From: Eutreptiella sp. 'Long Island Sound 2002'
Taxonomy: Eukaryota > Protista > Euglenida
NCBI GenBank assembly: GCA_964036045.1
Contig: OZ038378.1
Location: forward strand, 181,908,001 to 181,972,000
Direction: 5' to 3'
DNA: 64,000 nucleotides
In this document: positions 33,170-44,030 of the stretch, piece by piece
Layout of the letters: every line of letters begins with the position of its first letter
Position numbering within the stretch: position 1 is the first letter of the stretch
Translations under genes and position numbers: made by a program
Notes under the pieces: generated by a model
What the model was told of the DNA's origin: nothing
Seen by the model: only the letters and a program-made list of their open reading frames with translations
The model's database searches: none

Positions 33170-34897
33170 ATGGCACGTCGTAGGGCCGAGCGGCACCATT
33201 CCTTTTTGCAGTGCTGTAGGATGTATGCATGCGAGAAGGCGGTGTTGAAGGATTTCTTGTACAATCTCCCGAAACGGGAACTCCGAAATCAGTTCGAGGA
33301 TGCGAGAGAGCATTTGCACCCGTCGTTATGGAAGGACCCGTCTCCCGACACCGAGTCATTCACCCGCGAGCAGAGCACGTACATACAACGGCAGTTTGTC
33401 TACATGGACCGCAACAATGACGGATATCTGGATAGGGAAGAGTTCATTGAGCCCCTCCAATACGCTATGGATCCAGAACTGGCGAACACCCTGTTCTCGG
33501 CGTTTGACGTCAAAGGGAAAGGCAAGTTGGATCAGGAGGATTTCTTTGAGTGCATGAGGTTACTGTTGTACGGCAGCGTGACTGAGCGGATCAAGTTTGC
33601 TTGCAGCTTGATGCCCGCCGATGAGGCTGGCCACGTATCGCACCAGGCTTGGAAGACCCTTATCATGTTTACTGATGACGGAGATACGGTCCATCGTGCC
33701 GACGAAATATGGGCGTTGTTGGACCCAGACAGCGTGGGCTCTGTCAGCGTCGAGGCTCTGGAGGATTATCTGCTGGAAAAAGGCTTCTGGGAGGACAAAA
33801 GGCTTCGGATCCATGTCCAAGCGCCGGATCCGAAGCACATGCCTCTCTGCTTTGGCGGCCCCGAGTGGAAGATCGCCATGCCACTTTTTCGGGCCATTCA
33901 CTGGAGCCTCCGGTCAACGCCGCCTGACTGCCGGACGCGTGCTTTCGAGGTCAACGGCATCACTATTTCGGAGTTCGAACCCGCAAAGTTTGCGCAGCTG
34001 CGGGAGATGTTCGGATACAGTCCCAAGACGTACCAGAAGAACTTGGGGATCGACAACCTGATCGCGAATGTGATGTGTGCGAATCTGAGCACCCCGAAGC
34101 CTTTGTCGGCCACCAGCAAGAGCCGCGGCTACTTCTTCATGGCCCACGACGGTAGCCTAATGGTCAAGAGCATCATGGAGAACGAGGCGGAGACGCTGCT
34201 CGCCATTCTGCCGGGGCTGATCGACCACTTCAGACGCCACCCGCGATCGCTGCTGACCAGGTTCTGTGGGCTGTTCAAGTCTTCGGAAGGGGACAACTGG
34301 TTCATCGTGATGATGAGCGTGAACCCGGCCTCCGTGCAGGTCACCCGAGTGTACGACCTGAAGGGGTCGACCTACAAGCGCACAACCCCCGTCGAGAAGC
34401 GGACAAGCCCCTTCGCGGCGCTGAAGGATCTGGATCTGCCGGAGCCTCTCGTGCTGGCGGATTCTCAGGAGCACGCGACCCTCATGTCGCAGATCAAAGA
34501 GGACGCGGACTGGCTGCGGGCCGAGCGGTTCATCGACTACAGCCTGCTGGTGATGGTCGCGCACCCGCACGACGACGCGCCCCCCGGGGACGCCGACGAC
34601 CCGCCACGGGCCCGCTTCCACTCCACAGGGCGCGAGCTCTTCTTCATCGGCATCGTGGACATGCTGACGCGGTACAACAAGCTGCTGCACGTCGCCACCC
34701 ATGTCCAGAACGGCCTCCACGAGGGATTCTCGTGGCAGCCCCCCGACCCGTACGCCGAGCGGTTCGTCCTGCACATGACGCACAACGTCTTCCGCGTGGA
34801 GGGCGAGGAGGCGGCGAGCCACAAGCACAAGTCGCGACTCCATTCTTTCCCTTTCGACCACAAAAAGCTGCTGCCCTTCGGGCCGAACACCAGGTAA
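33170..34897 (+). CDS. EF-hand (NCS/calcineurin-B-like) plus phosphatidylinositol phosphate kinase (PIP5K family) fusion protein
   Basis: EF loops DRNNDGYLDREE and DVKGKGKLDQED. Kinase motifs SKSRGYFF, MVKSI, LLTRFCGLF, YDLKGST, KDLD, DYSLLV, GIVDML, YAERF. GC3-rich codon use. The frame is open from 32720, so the true start is uncertain. Confidence 0.9.
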   Translation: MARRRAERHHSFLQCCRMYACEKAVLKDFLYNLPKRELRNQFEDAREHLHPSLWKDPSPDTESFTREQSTYIQRQFVYMDRNNDGYLDREEFIEPLQYAMDPELANTLFSAFDVKGKGKLDQEDFFECMRLLLYGSVTERIKFACSLMPADEAGHVSHQAWKTLIMFTDDGDTVHRADEIWALLDPDSVGSVSVEALEDYLLEKGFWEDKRLRIHVQAPDPKHMPLCFGGPEWKIAMPLFRAIHWSLRSTPPDCRTRAFEVNGITISEFEPAKFAQLREMFGYSPKTYQKNLGIDNLIANVMCANLSTPKPLSATSKSRGYFFMAHDGSLMVKSIMENEAETLLAILPGLIDHFRRHPRSLLTRFCGLFKSSEGDNWFIVMMSVNPASVQVTRVYDLKGSTYKRTTPVEKRTSPFAALKDLDLPEPLVLADSQEHATLMSQIKEDADWLRAERFIDYSLLVMVAHPHDDAPPGDADDPPRARFHSTGRELFFIGIVDMLTRYNKLLHVATHVQNGLHEGFSWQPPDPYAERFVLHMTHNVFRVEGEEAASHKHKSRLHSFPFDHKKLLPFGPNTR

Positions 34898-34967
34898 CCG
34901 CTGTCCTCGCGAGGGGCCGCCTCCGCCGGGCCCAGGACGCGATGCCCCCCCCCCCCCGCCCCGCCCC

Positions 34968-36680
34968 GAGATCCGCCTGAACAAAGCCACGGGCGCGTAC
35001 TCGGCCATTCCGTACCTGGCAATGGCTCTGAACTGCTTCTTCTGGTCCCTCTATGGCTATAACTTGGGCGACAATGCGATCATCGTCCCGAACGCCATCG
35101 GCATCTTCGTCGCCTGCCTCACGCTTTCAACCTTCAAGAACAACGTCGAGCAGGACCGACAGGCGGCCGTCACCCGGCAATACCAAATCGGGGCGGCCAT
35201 CGGCGCCGTGCTGCTGTCCTGGGCCTATCTGATCCCGCCGTACGGCAACTCCAAAGGCCGCCTGGGGCTCCTCGGCGCAGCCCTGTCCATTTCCATGTTC
35301 GCGTCCCCCTTGGCGACCATCCGCCAGGTCGTCACCGAGAAGAACAGCGCGTCGCTGCCGATCCCGATGGTGATCATGGGGACCAGTTGCTTTTTCTTGC
35401 CAAGGTGGTGCTAAAATTGATTTACCTTTAGTAAGCCAGCTTTAGTAAAAGGCACTTTGGCCATGAAAAGGGCTAATTTCTTTACATCATTCATTATCGG
35501 CAACCCATAGTTGACTGCCAGGCTTCGTTCATGAGAATTAAGTCGCAATGGGGGGGGGTGTTCAGCCGGCTTGGTGGGTCTAAAGCTCTGGACCCCCCCC
35601 CCCCTTTATAATTCCGACGGTTTCCTGGTTTTGGGCTCCTGCCACCCCTTCTTTCTTTGGTCACAGGAGCCTTGTCTGACTGTTTGCTGGTGTCCCTTTC
35701 TGCTTTGTCGTTGTGCAGGCACCATGCCAAAATCTCTTTGTGGTTGTGGGGTATCCGTTGGATCCTCTGAGCAGGCCAAAAGGGAGCATCTGAAGAGTGC
35801 GAAGCACAAGCAATGGGTGCAAGGAACGAACAGGCAGCGCCCACTCAATTTTCCCAAGCTGACCCCAGTGCAGCCAACAGAAGCTTCAGCAGCCAGTTCT
35901 AGTAGCTGCAGCAGCAACAGCTCTGCACAGAGCAACAAATGCAGCACAGAGTGGCAGTTCTGCACAGAGCAACAGTCCTGCACAGAGTGCAAGTTCTGCA
36001 CAGAGCAGCAGCCCGCACGGCAGCATCCATGCGTGCCTTGCATATTGATGATTTTCTTTTTGCTATGTGTGTCACTCTTTGGGGCTGGGATGCCTAACCC
36101 GGGAGAGCGCCTTGGCTTCAATTTGATTTACAAAAACTGCACCCCACAGAATTATAAGAGTGAGGGGGGGGGGGGGGTCTGGGTGGGTCAAAAGTCGGGT
36201 GGGTGGGTCCAAAGTTGGCGGGGTGGGTCCAAAATACCCCCCCTCTCTTATAAACGAAGCCTGTTGACTGCTATCCCACAGTGCAAACAATGAGCGATCC
36301 TTTGCCCGGCACACGCCCGGCGCGCCCGGTATCCAAATCAATGTCCCGGGCATCTATCCCCATGCTTTACCCCCAAACATCCCCCCCCCTCGAGCCCAGG
36401 ACCGCCAAGCACAAATGACACAATAAAACACAAATGCGGGCGAACAGAAAAGTTTTCATTCATTGTTAGTCAGCAACCGTAAACGCTACCTGAGATTGTG
36501 TTCCAGAGAAATACTTTAGGGTGTTTTGTAACATAGCTCGCCACGATTTTCTGGTCATTGGATGGCCAAGTGATCGGGAATATGTTCATGCTGATCCCCA
36601 ACGTCTTGGGTTTTGACCTTCAGCCTCCTCCAGCTCAGCCTGGCAGCCACATACCCGCGGCGGGCAGTGGCTCTTGCGCG
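34968..36680 (+). pseudogene. SWEET: 5'-truncated, interrupted SWEET (MtN3) transporter copy
   Basis: 34968-35384 is essentially identical to 40798-41214. After a 1152-bp insertion the coding sequence resumes at 36537 (CTCGCCACGATTTTCTGG) in a more diverged, frameshifted form. Confidence 0.85.
35519..36263. mobile_element. hAT-like non-autonomous DNA transposon (745 bp)
   Basis: TIR CAGGCTTCGTT...AACGAAGCCTG and 8-bp TSD TTGACTGC (35511-35518, 36264-36271). An 8-bp TSD with short CAG-initial TIRs is typical of hAT. Confidence 0.85.
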
Positions 36681-39600
36681 CCCTCACTGGACCCCGAAGC
36701 CACGACACCGGCCCTGATGGAAAAGTCACCCGGCTCCACTGGTTCCTGTGTGTGTCCGCGCGCACGCGCTTGCCGAGAGGTCTGCAAGAAAAAGAGGAAG
36801 CTGCACATGCCTCAGACTGGCGTGGGCCACTCCATGGCGAGATGAGATCGCAAGCATCGGCACAATGGTGATAAGGCTGGCTGGCATCACGCTGTACGCC
36901 CCGCAACACCCTTACCGTTGAGGCAGGTTGTCCTGGATACTCACGCAGGAGGATGTTTTACACCTCAAGGTCCGGTCTCAGTCTTTTGAAGGTAAAGAAG
37001 GTCCTGCACATCGAAGAGCTCACTCTGTGGACGCTCCGCGTTCGGAGCTAGTGCGGAATTGCGAGTGACCACGATCGTATTGAGCCGGAACGGGTGTAGC
37101 ACCCTCACCGCCTCTGCACTCAATTCAGCAGAGCATGGTGTCGGTCCTCCTGTGCAAATGCACCCACTGCTTTTGCCCCTGTACACGAAACTGATGTGCA
37201 AAGGAAGAACAATACTCGGTGATTTAAGGAGAAACCTGCCGATTCACTGTGGAGTCGGAGTACTGCGTGCCCGAATGGGTTTCGTACTTTGCTGTGACCT
37301 CAACTTCGCACCTGACCTCTATCATTGCCTACAAAGCGGGCCAATATATCAATTTTCTGCTGTGTGCTGTCCTGCTACCGCTTTGTGTACCATACGAATT
37401 CATTCCCTCTGTGCATGCGACTGGTGGGTGGTTGATGGGTTCAAGTGCACAACCGCAACCCCCCCTCCCTTGCGCAAGCTGACCCTTGTCCGAGTAAACC
37501 TGCCTCACTGTCATTTTCCTGCCTGCAGTAGTTGAGCATGCGGCACGACAAGGAAGGGGCCCATCGTAGCATGCAAGAGGAGCTGGGTCATGCATATGTG
37601 AGTTGGTTCTGCTCATAACAAGATCTAACACGACAATCCATTTGCATTTGGAACAGCGAACGACTTCACATTCAGATCCAATTTTAACGAAACACACGCC
37701 CGTCGTGCGAAAGCCCCAGCGTAATTTCTCCTGTTCGCGCCAATAGATCCGTCATCACAGAGGTCCTATGCGTACCTCAGATTTTCCCAACGGTTCTGTT
37801 TTTTGATCCCATTTGGCCGCGGCGCTTGGCACTTGTTGCGGAGTCATACACCACCACGGCCTTGTCAAAGCAAACCGACCCTGTCTGACTGCTGTTTTTC
37901 AGAGCGCAAGTTGTGTGACCCAGAATGCACCATGACATGTTCGAGGGCCGGTCGTAGTGGGAAAGAGGGGCTGGGTCATGCGTGGGAGGTTCCTTCTGCT
38001 CACAACAACATGTGCCTGATACTGCCACCATTTTTTTTGTTTTGACGCGATTTGCACATGTTGATGTGATTTGGCCCAAACCCCTCAAGAACCACCTGCC
38101 TGTGATCCGTATGTACGCACGGCCTAGGCATAGGATGCCCGTATCACCATATTTTCCCCGAAGTTGTGTAAGGGGAAAGGAGGTGACATGCGTTACAGGA
38201 TACTTGTCGTCTCGGACCCATCCAAGAAGCTTGTTTATGTCCATACTATGTCTGCTGCGTGATACCTGTGGATAAAGGGCATGTGTGGTGGATGGCCCTG
38301 GCAGGGTACAGGGTTGATGGAAATGTAGTTTATGACCACAAGGAAAGGACAGGGTTGATGGTTCCTTCCTTGTTGGCACTGGAGGGGGCAACACTTGAAT
38401 GCTGTGAACAAAAGCTGCGCAGTACTGCCGGCAAGCGCTGCATCCCGTCAACACACCATGCGAGCCAGGACATGGGGCAAAGGGCATTCTCATTCATCTG
38501 GGCCATGACAAGTCAGGGAATGGGTTTCTCGTGTCTTTGATCACAGATTAGATTTTTTTGGGCTTAGTTTCCAGCTGGAGGGGTGGTTGGAAATGTTTTT
38601 TTATTTTACAGGGGTTGTGGCGAAGGGGAGTGATTTAGAGCAGCAGCGGCGGGGGGGGAGGGGGGTGGCACAAGGGGTACGAGAGCCAGGAGCATGTACC
38701 GGGAGAGCACGTTGCAGGAACAAGCATATTGCTTTGGCCCAGGCCTCCTTACCACTCACTGCAAACCCACACCAACTTTGCCCACACGGCCCCTAGCCCT
38801 GCCCACACGTCCCTCAACCCAAAGCTTGGTTTGGAACCGCACGGTGGGCTGTGGGCGGGCGGGTGGGTCATGCTCTGCACAATTGGGACAGTCGGGTGGA
38901 AGGCGGGAGGGCAGGGCAGTATTCAGGGCATCGAACAGTGGGGGAGTGTTAGCGCACCGGGCAGCTTTTTTCGACCATTCCCCACCCGTGCCTGTTTTTG
39001 CCTCCCCTCACCAAACAATCTGCCCCCAAGAAGCTAGGGGTGATGTAGCCAATTCTGACTTGGTCCCCTTCTATTGGGAACCCGCAGAAGGCAGGGGTGA
39101 TGTAGCCATTCCGCCCACACGTGTTTTGCAGGGAAGGTTTGCGGTCCAGTGCAGTCTACTTGGGGGACTCCTCGAGGCGAGGATAAACTTGGGGCTAGAG
39201 ATAGGATACTTAATACAAAGGTAGTGCGCCGGATGCGCCGGGCAAACATTCCCCTTGATGATTTGGGGGTCTCAACGCACCCTAATTTCCTTCGTCCTCA
39301 ACAAGCCATGCGAGCAAGAACGTGGGGCAAAGGGCAGGGATTCTCATTCACCTGGGCCATGACAAGTCAGGGAAGGGGTTTTGTGTTTTTGATCACAGAT
39401 TAGCTTTGGTTGGGCAACGTCGTACAGGTCCTCCGTTTTTCTGCTCTACTACCAAGCTGTGCGTGTTACTTGTGCAGTAGAACACAATGTACACCAATAT
39501 CTGATTCTTCATTTTGGCATCTCTTTCTCTGATTCCAAATGTAATTGTGACAAGGATTTGTAGGCTGCAAGCAAGAAGCCAAGCAGTGGAACAATGGTGT

Positions 39601-40719
39601 AAGAGAGACTACATTGAAAAAAGCACCACCTTTTCTTGATGATTTGGAAGTTCGAGGGCACAATATGCGGGGCAAATTTGTCATCAGCCAGCTGGTCACA
39701 AGGAAAGAGTGCTGCCAAACACCATATTGACAACCTCAAACACAAGAAAAGCAAAAACATGACCTCCCATCCCAAGCTAGAAGAAAACCTGCAGGGTGGG
39801 GGGGGGGGATGCACCGTGCGCGCATCACGCATATTTCTTATTGAGACAATTTATCTGACCCCATTGTTTTGCTTGCTTGTTGCCCCTGGAGGTGCTGTGT
39901 TGCTGAGCCGGTATCCCATTTCACCCTAAATACCTTGAGGGTTGCATTGTACATGTTATCCCTTGGTCTATAGCTCAGCAACATGATTTCATTGTGTTGG
40001 GTTCAAGCTGGTGCGCGCGTGTTGTCTCACCGTAGCAGTGCAAATGAGCGGGGCCTGCTATTGCTTTCTGGCCCCCTCGCAGCACCTTGGTGATTACCTA
40101 TGCATATAATATGAGGTGAATGCGAAGGTGGGGATTCATGATGCTGCTGCACTCCACTGCCTTGAGTTCTACATTTGGAGCCCGTCTCCATCACCCTCAA
40201 TCTTTTCTACACGTGAACCTGATGAACAGCATGCCTCAGTGGATGGTTGGTCAACCCCCACCCAAAAACTAATGACAACATGCTTCTACAGCCCTAATTG
40301 TGCCGTGTATGCTCCACATTCTTTGCCGGTTTTCATATTCTGCATGGTTTTGGCCACGGAATGTCAGTTCAGACTGTGAGGACCTGACCAAATGCCCATT
40401 CTCAGTGCCCATGTTGCGGATTGTGGGGCTTTCTGTGATAATCTGTTTGGGGGTGTTAAAGCTGTGTCATTGCCCAAAAGGGTGCGCACCATGCGCACAC
40501 CGTGCACCTGTCACCCCAGAGCTCTTGGCTACAGTGGATCCCAAGGCACAACCACATGAAGGCGCAGGCCGCGCCAAGTGTGTTGATGTGAATCATCAAA
40601 TCACCCATCATCAAAAATCATTAGATCATCGAAACATGCACACAACATTACGCCAAGCGTGGCACCATATTCCGCTTTCCAGGCACCTTTTTTCCCAATG
40701 TGTCTGTCACACTGAAGCC

Positions 40720-41508
40720 ATGGCACACGGTTTCATTGCGTTGATAGCATCATGTCTGACGGTTGGTCTGTTCACGTCTCCGCTCAAGATTGCACAGGAG
40801 ATCCGCCTGAACAAAGCCACGGGCGCGTACTCGGCCATTCCGTACCTGGCAATGGCTCTGAACTGCTTCTTCTGGTCCCTCTATGGCTATAACTTGGGCG
40901 ACAACGCGATCATCGTCCCGAACGCCATCGGCATCTTCGTCGCCTGCCTCACGCTTTCAACCTTCAAGAACAACGTCGAGCAGGACCGACAGGCGGCCGT
41001 CACCCGGCAATACCAAATCGGGGCGGCCATCGGCGCCGTGCTGCTGTCCTGGGCCTATCTGATCCCGCCGTACGGCAACTCCAAAGGCCGCCTGGGGCTC
41101 CTCGGCGCAGCCCTGTCCATTTCCATGTTCGCGTCCCCCTTGGCGACCATCCGCCAGGTCGTCACCGAGAAGAACAGCGCGTCGCTGCCGATCCCGATGG
41201 TGATCATGGGGACCCTCGCCACGATTTTCTGGTCGTTGTATGGCCACGCAATTGGAGATATGGTCATCCTGGTCCCCAACGTCCTGGGTTTGACCTTTAG
41301 CCTCCTCCAGCTGAGCCTGGCAGGCATATACCCACGGCGGGCAGTGACTCTTGCGGGAGATGTTCGGATACAGTCCCAAGACGTACCAGAAGAACTTGGG
41401 GATCGACAACCTGATCGCGAATGTGATGTGTGCGAATCTGAGCACCCCGAAGCCTTTGTCGGCCACCAGCAAGAGCCGCGGCTACTTCTTCATGGCCCAC
41501 GACGGTAG
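40720..41508 (+). CDS. SWEET: SWEET sugar transporter (two MtN3 repeats), intronless, with a chimeric C-terminal tail
   Basis: MAHGFIALIASCLTVGLFTSP...IPYLAMALNCFFWSLYG...IIVPNAIG and ISMFASPLATIRQVVTEKNSASLP...FWSLYG...ILVPNVLG. The last ~51 codons come from PIP5K sequence read out of frame. Confidence 0.9.
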   Translation: MAHGFIALIASCLTVGLFTSPLKIAQEIRLNKATGAYSAIPYLAMALNCFFWSLYGYNLGDNAIIVPNAIGIFVACLTLSTFKNNVEQDRQAAVTRQYQIGAAIGAVLLSWAYLIPPYGNSKGRLGLLGAALSISMFASPLATIRQVVTEKNSASLPIPMVIMGTLATIFWSLYGHAIGDMVILVPNVLGLTFSLLQLSLAGIYPRRAVTLAGDVRIQSQDVPEELGDRQPDRECDVCESEHPEAFVGHQQEPRLLLHGPRR

Positions 41509-42250
41509 CCTCATGGTCAAGAGCATCATGGAGAACGAGGCGGAGACGCTGCTCGCCATTCTGCCGGGGCTGATCGACCACTTCAGACGCCACCCGCGAT
41601 CGCTGCTGACCAGGTTCTGTGGGCTGTTCAAGTCTTCGGAAGGGGACAACTGGTTCATCGTGATGATGAGCGTGAACCCGGCCTCCGTGCAGGTCACCCG
41701 AGTGTACGACCTGAAGGGGTCGACCTACAAGCGCACAACCCCCGTCGAGAAGCGGACAAGCCCCTTCGCGGCGCTGAAGGATCTGGATCTGCCGGAGCCT
41801 CTCGTGCTGGCGGATCCTCAGGAGCACGCGACCCTCATGTCGCAGATCAAAGAGGACGCGGACTGGCTGCGGGCCGAGCGGTTCATCGACTACAGCCTGC
41901 TGGTGATGGTCGCGCACCCGCACGACGACGCGCCCCCCGGGGACGCCGACGACCCGCCACGGGCCCGCTTCCACTCCATAGGGCGCGAGCTCTTCTTCAT
42001 CGGCATCGTGGACATGCTGACGCGGTACAACAAGCTGCTGCACGTCGCCACCCATGTCCAGAACGGCCTCCACGAGGGATTCTCGTGGCAGCCCCCCGAC
42101 CCGTACGCCGAGCGGTTCGTCCTGCACATGACGCACAACGTCTTCCGCGTGGAGGGCGAGGAGGCGGCGAGCCACAAGCACAAGTCGCGACTCCATTCTT
42201 TCCCTTTCGACCACAAAAAGCTGCTGCCCTTCGGGCCGAACACCAGGTAA
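41360..42250 (+). CDS. 5'-truncated PIP5K copy: kinase core only, no EF hands; open from an internal ATG
   Basis: Matches 34007-34897 apart from a few substitutions, with no stops or frameshifts. Confidence 0.6.
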   Translation: MFGYSPKTYQKNLGIDNLIANVMCANLSTPKPLSATSKSRGYFFMAHDGSLMVKSIMENEAETLLAILPGLIDHFRRHPRSLLTRFCGLFKSSEGDNWFIVMMSVNPASVQVTRVYDLKGSTYKRTTPVEKRTSPFAALKDLDLPEPLVLADPQEHATLMSQIKEDADWLRAERFIDYSLLVMVAHPHDDAPPGDADDPPRARFHSIGRELFFIGIVDMLTRYNKLLHVATHVQNGLHEGFSWQPPDPYAERFVLHMTHNVFRVEGEEAASHKHKSRLHSFPFDHKKLLPFGPNTR

Positions 42251-42320
42251 CCGCTGTCCTCGCGAGGGGCCGCCTCCGCCGGGCCCAGGACGCGATGCCC
42301 CCCCCCCCCCGCCCCGCCCC

Positions 42321-44030
42321 GAGATCCGCCTGAACAAAGCCACGGGCGCGTACTCGGCCATTCCGTACCTGGCAATGGCTCTGAACTGCTTCTTCTGGTC
42401 CCTCTATGGCTATAACTTGGGCGACAACGCGATCATCGTCCCGAACGCCATCGGCATCTTCGTCGCCTGCCTCACGCTTTCAACCTTCAAGAACAACGTC
42501 GAGCAGGACCGACAGGCGGCCGTCACCCGGCAATACCAAATCGGGGCGGCCATCGGCGCCGTGCTGCTGTCCTGGGCCTATCTGATCCCGCCGTACGGCA
42601 ACTCCAAAGGCCGCCTGGGGCTTCTCGGCGCAGCCCTGTCCATTTCCATGTTCGCGTCCCCCTTGGCGACCATCCGCCAGGTCGTCACCGAGAAGAACAG
42701 CGCGTCGCTGCCGATCCCGATGGTGATCATGGGGACCAGTTGCTTTTTCTTGCCAAGGTGGTGCTAAAACTGATTTACCTTTAGTAAGCCAGCTTTAGTA
42801 AAAGGCACTTTGGCCATGAAAAGGGCTAATTTCTTTACATCATTCATTATCGGCAACCCATAGTTGACTGCCAGGCTTCGTTCATGAGAATTAAGTCGCA
42901 ATGGGGGGGGGTGTTCAGCTGGGTGGGTGGGTCTAAAGCTCTGGACCCCCTCCCCCTTTATAATTCCGACGGTTTCCCGGTTTTGGCTCCTGCCACCCCT
43001 TCTTTCTTTGGTCACAGGAGCCTTGTCTGGCTGTTTGCTGGTGCCCCTTTCCGCTTTGTCGTTGTGCAGGCACCATGCCAAAATCTCTTTGTGGTTGTGG
43101 GGTATCCGTTGGATCCTCTGAGCAGGCCAAAAGGGAGCATCTGAAGAGTGCGAAGCACAAGCAATGGGTGCAAGGAACGAACAGGCAGCGCCCACTCAAT
43201 TTTCCCAAGCTGACCCCAGTGCAGCCAACAGAAGCTTCAGCAGCCAGTTCTAGTAGCTGCAGCAGCAACAGCTCTGCACAGAGCAACAAATGCAGCACAG
43301 AGTGGCAGTTCTGCACAGAGCAACAGTCCTGCACAGAGTGCAAGTTCTGCACAGAGCAGCAGCCCGCACGGCAGCATCCATGCGTGCCTTGCATATTGAT
43401 GATTTTCTTTTTGCTATGTGTGTCACTCTTTGAGGCTGGGATGCCTAACCCGGGAGAGCGCTTTGGCTTCAATTTGATTTACAAAAACTGCTCCCCACAG
43501 AATTATAAGAGTGAGGGGGGGGGGGGTCTGGGTGGGTCAAAAGTCGGGTGGGTGGGTCCAAAGTTGGCGGGGTGGGTCCAAAATACCCCCCCTCTCTTAT
43601 AAACGAAGCCTGTTGACTGCTATCCCACAGTGCAAACAATGAGCGATCCTTTGCCCGGCACACGCCCGGCGCGCCCGGTATCCAAATCAATGTCCCGGGC
43701 ATCTATCCCCATGCTTTACCCCCAAACATCCCCCCCCCTCGAGCCCAGGACCGCCAAGCACAAATGACACAATAAAACACAAATGCGGGCGAACAGAAAA
43801 GTTTTCATTCATTGTTAGTCAGCAACCGTAAACGCTACCTGAGATTGTGTTCCAGAGAAATACTTTAGGGTGTTTTGTAACATAGCTCGCCACGATTTTC
43901 TGGTCATTGGATGGCCAAGTGATCGGGAATATGTTCATGCTGATCCCCAACGTCTTGGGTTTTGACCTTCAGCCTCCTCCAGCTCAGCCTGGCAGCCACA
44001 TACCCGCGGCGGGCAGTGGCTCTTGCGCGC
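42321..44030 (+). pseudogene. SWEET: Second interrupted SWEET fragment (duplicate of 34968-36680)
   Basis: Exon 42321-42737, insertion 42738-43885, diverged exon from 43886. Confidence 0.85.
42872..43612. mobile_element. hAT-like MITE, duplicate copy
   Basis: Same TIRs. TSD TTGACTGC at 42864-42871 and 43613-43620. Confidence 0.85.

Larger units (their letters stand above)
33999..40308 (+). repeat. Tandem segmental duplication, copy A (copy B 41352-47760)
   Basis: Collinear near-identity at an offset of 7353 bp at the 5' end. Only a few substitutions in the PIP5K part (e.g. DSQ/DPQ, STG/SIG). Confidence 0.93.

Noticed and set aside
34157-35022. Long antisense ORFs over PIP5K (also 41297-42375)
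   Set aside because: This is the expected shadow of GC3-rich coding sequence.
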